From Squalus acanthias (lineage: Eukaryota), in NCBI GenBank assembly GCA_030390025.1, contig CM059452.1, positions 6,510,001 through 6,574,000 on the forward strand: 64,000 nt of DNA. Reading direction: 5' to 3'. Within the stretch, counting starts at the first letter, position 1, and every line of letters begins with the position of its first letter. The position numbers were made by a program, and so were the translations under genes. Below the pieces are notes generated by a model. The model was not told the DNA's origin. It saw only the letters and a list, made by a program, of their open reading frames with translations, and did no database searches. Of the stretch, positions 61,969-64,000 are shown piece after piece.

Positions 61969-62122
61969 GACTAGCCCCAGCCGGCGACCTCAGCTCTTTC
62001 TGATTGATGTTCTGCAGGAAGTGACATTCGACCAGCCCCAGCCGGTGATCTCAGCTCCTACTATTTGATGTTCTGCAGGTTTCTGAGACACAAAAAGTCC
62101 CTCGAATTGCGGAGCAGCAACA

Positions 62123-63200
62123 ATGCGGCTCCCTGTTCTCTCTGTGGTGTGGGTGACATTCATTTTCGGTCAGAATTTTATAACTTTTAAAACGGCTTAA
62201 TTCGTCGAGGAATAAAATTGAAAACCAGAGAAGTTACTTAAACTTGTGTCGAACCTTGGTTAGATCACACTTGGAGAGCTGTGCACAGTTCTGGTCTCCA
62301 TAATAAAAAAAGGATATAGGGACACTGGAGCAGGTGCAAAAAATTACAAGGATGATACCAGAACTGAGAGGTTGTAACTATGGAACAAGTTGGGGCTCTT
62401 TACTCTAAAAAGAGAAGACTGGGAGGTGACCTGATAGAGGTCTTCAAAATTATGAAGGTTTTTGATACGATAGACGTAGAGAAGAGGTTTCCACTTGGGG
62501 GGATTCCTAAACTAGGGACCATAAATATAAGATAATCACAAATACATCCAGTAGGGAATTCAGGAGAAACGTCTTTATCCAGAGAGTGGTGAGAATGTGG
62601 AACTCACTACCACAAGGAATAGTTGTAGCGAATGGCATAGAAGCATTTATGGGAAAGCTAGATAAGCACACGCGAGAGACAGGAATAGAAGGAAATGCTG
62701 ATAGTGTTAGAACAAGAGTGGTGGGAGGAGGCTCGTGTGGAGTATACACACGGACATAGACTAGTTGGCCGAATGACCTATTTCTATACAGTAAATTCTA
62801 TTCAATTTTATGTAAAACTCAATGCGAATTTTCACCGTCAGTTGGTTCAGTTTGAACCTTTAATGCATATTTTTCGCTTTCTTTCACCGTGTGTTCCAGA
62901 TCTGAGCGATGCAGATTCTGTTACTCAGCGGGAGTCCTCACTCACACAGACAGAGGGAGAAGATGCCACTTTAACCTGCACCTATTCCGCCAATGGTTAC
63001 GTATTCTGGTACCGCCAATACCCAGGCAGACAGCCTGAGTTTGCAGTCCAGAGGTACACGAGCGGCGGTTCTGAATATCAGCCGGATTTCGCTCAAGGCC
63101 GGTTTTCTGATACAGTCCAGCGGTCAGACAAGTTGTACCGATTGACCATCTCGGGGCTGCGGCTGACTGACACCGCGGTGTATTACTGTGCACTGAGGCT
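62123..63200 (+). CDS. TCR delta/alpha V gene segment, intact (leader 62123-62168, V exon 62900-63200)
   Basis: MRLPVLSVVWVTFIF; DSVTQRESS..TCTYSANGYVFWYRQ..DTAVYYCALRL; RSS 63201-63239 CACAGTG-23-CCAATAACT. Confidence 0.9.
62215..62810 (+). mobile_element. Degraded CR1 fragment in the leader intron
   Basis: CACACTTGGAG..CAGTTCTGGTCTCC..GGTGACCTGATAGAGGTCTTCAAAATTATG. Confidence 0.8.
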
Positions 63201-63902
63201 CACAGTGATGGGAACGAGCTAAAGCCTCGTCCAATAACTGCCGCAGGTTTCTGTGTCACAGCTGCTGCCTGTTGTGGGCTGTTTATCACAGCGGGTCAGA
63301 CACTGACACGTGACTACATTCCTGTGCGCACAGACCCCGAGCAGAATCCACATCAAACTCAGATAAAACCGTTCACATCGAATACTGATTCCGTCTGATT
63401 ATTGTATTAACTGTGTGAGGTCAGCATTGGCTGCTGTTTATTTGTGTATCTTTGAGAAACTCCAGTCCCATTGAGAATAAACACACCTGCGGGTGGCCTG
63501 TATCTGGTGCACCGCTGCTTCGGATATAACGCACGGCAAAGGGACAAATAATGATTGGTTTGAAATATCAGTCTACAGTGTAGACAGAGATAGGTCGGGT
63601 GGGGAAGATCCCAATAATTCTAATAACGTTATTAAAACTTTCTCAATATTATAAAGACTTGCCCATATATAAAGTAAGAATCTGCAGTAAAAGCAGGTTC
63701 CAGAAGGTCAAATTCAGAACAGGATAAGAAGCTAATGAACAAACATTAATCGAATAATAATCTCTAAGGACGGACATGGTGTGTACTTGGCTCCGTGCCA
63801 GATAGTCAGAGGACCGGCTGAATACAAAAGACTAACTGAGAAGGTATCAGAAGAGATGAAATAGTGAGATACAAACCGTGAAATGAAAAAAAATAATTAA
63901 AG

Positions 63903-64000
63903 ATTAAACTGGACCCTGTCTCTGTTTGTATTACACTAGGCCCTGTCTCAGTTATTAATGCACGAGACCCTGTCTCTATTTATATTGCTCTAGGTCCTGT
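63903..64000 (-). repeat. Start of a second 27-bp satellite array in opposite orientation
   Basis: GACCCTGTCTCTGTTTGTATTACACTAG is the reverse complement of the satellite unit; runs off the window. Confidence 0.9.

Larger units (their letters stand above)
54119..63833. repeat. Segmental duplication arm 2 (inverted copy of 10330-18880)
   Basis: Same five V segments in reverse order and strand. Confidence 0.93.

Noticed and set aside
54119-63833. Duplication as an assembly artefact of identical sequence
   Set aside because: The arms differ by many substitutions, indels, repeat copy numbers and gene-inactivating lesions. Allelic origin is unlikely but can only be excluded with read data.
1-64000. 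NAR-TCR cassette, IgH-like V (TAILV), D, J or C segments
   Set aside because: No IgNAR- or IgH-type V motifs, no 12-RSS-flanked segments, no FGXG J motif next to an RSS and no C exon were recognised.

Overview
This is vertebrate, not microbial, DNA: a V-gene array of a T-cell receptor alpha/delta-type locus, most likely from a cartilaginous fish (inferred from the V sequences and the CR1/L2/MITE repeat content). I find 22 V segments or V relics in mixed orientation, most with a phase-1 leader intron and a 23-type RSS. Five are fully canonical (7416, 21359, 29266, 60237, 62123). One more (15702) is intact but encodes its signal peptide in the V exon. Three are open with intact signals but lack Cys23, two are open V exons with no leader found, and the rest are pseudogenes or relics. 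No D, J, C, IgH-like or IgNAR-like V segment was recognised. A 20-kb satellite of 27-bp units with higher-order repeats spans about 33,990-54,004. A five-V cassette (10,330-18,880) is duplicated in inverted orientation at 54,119-63,833, and that copy is bracketed by the satellite in opposite orientations. Other notable signals are CTCF-type motifs co-oriented with V genes, a V family with a fixed 24-bp RSS spacer, and an orphan RSS whose V exon was removed at the heptamer (a possible germline RAG scar). Coordinates were read by hand, so repeat boundaries are approximate.
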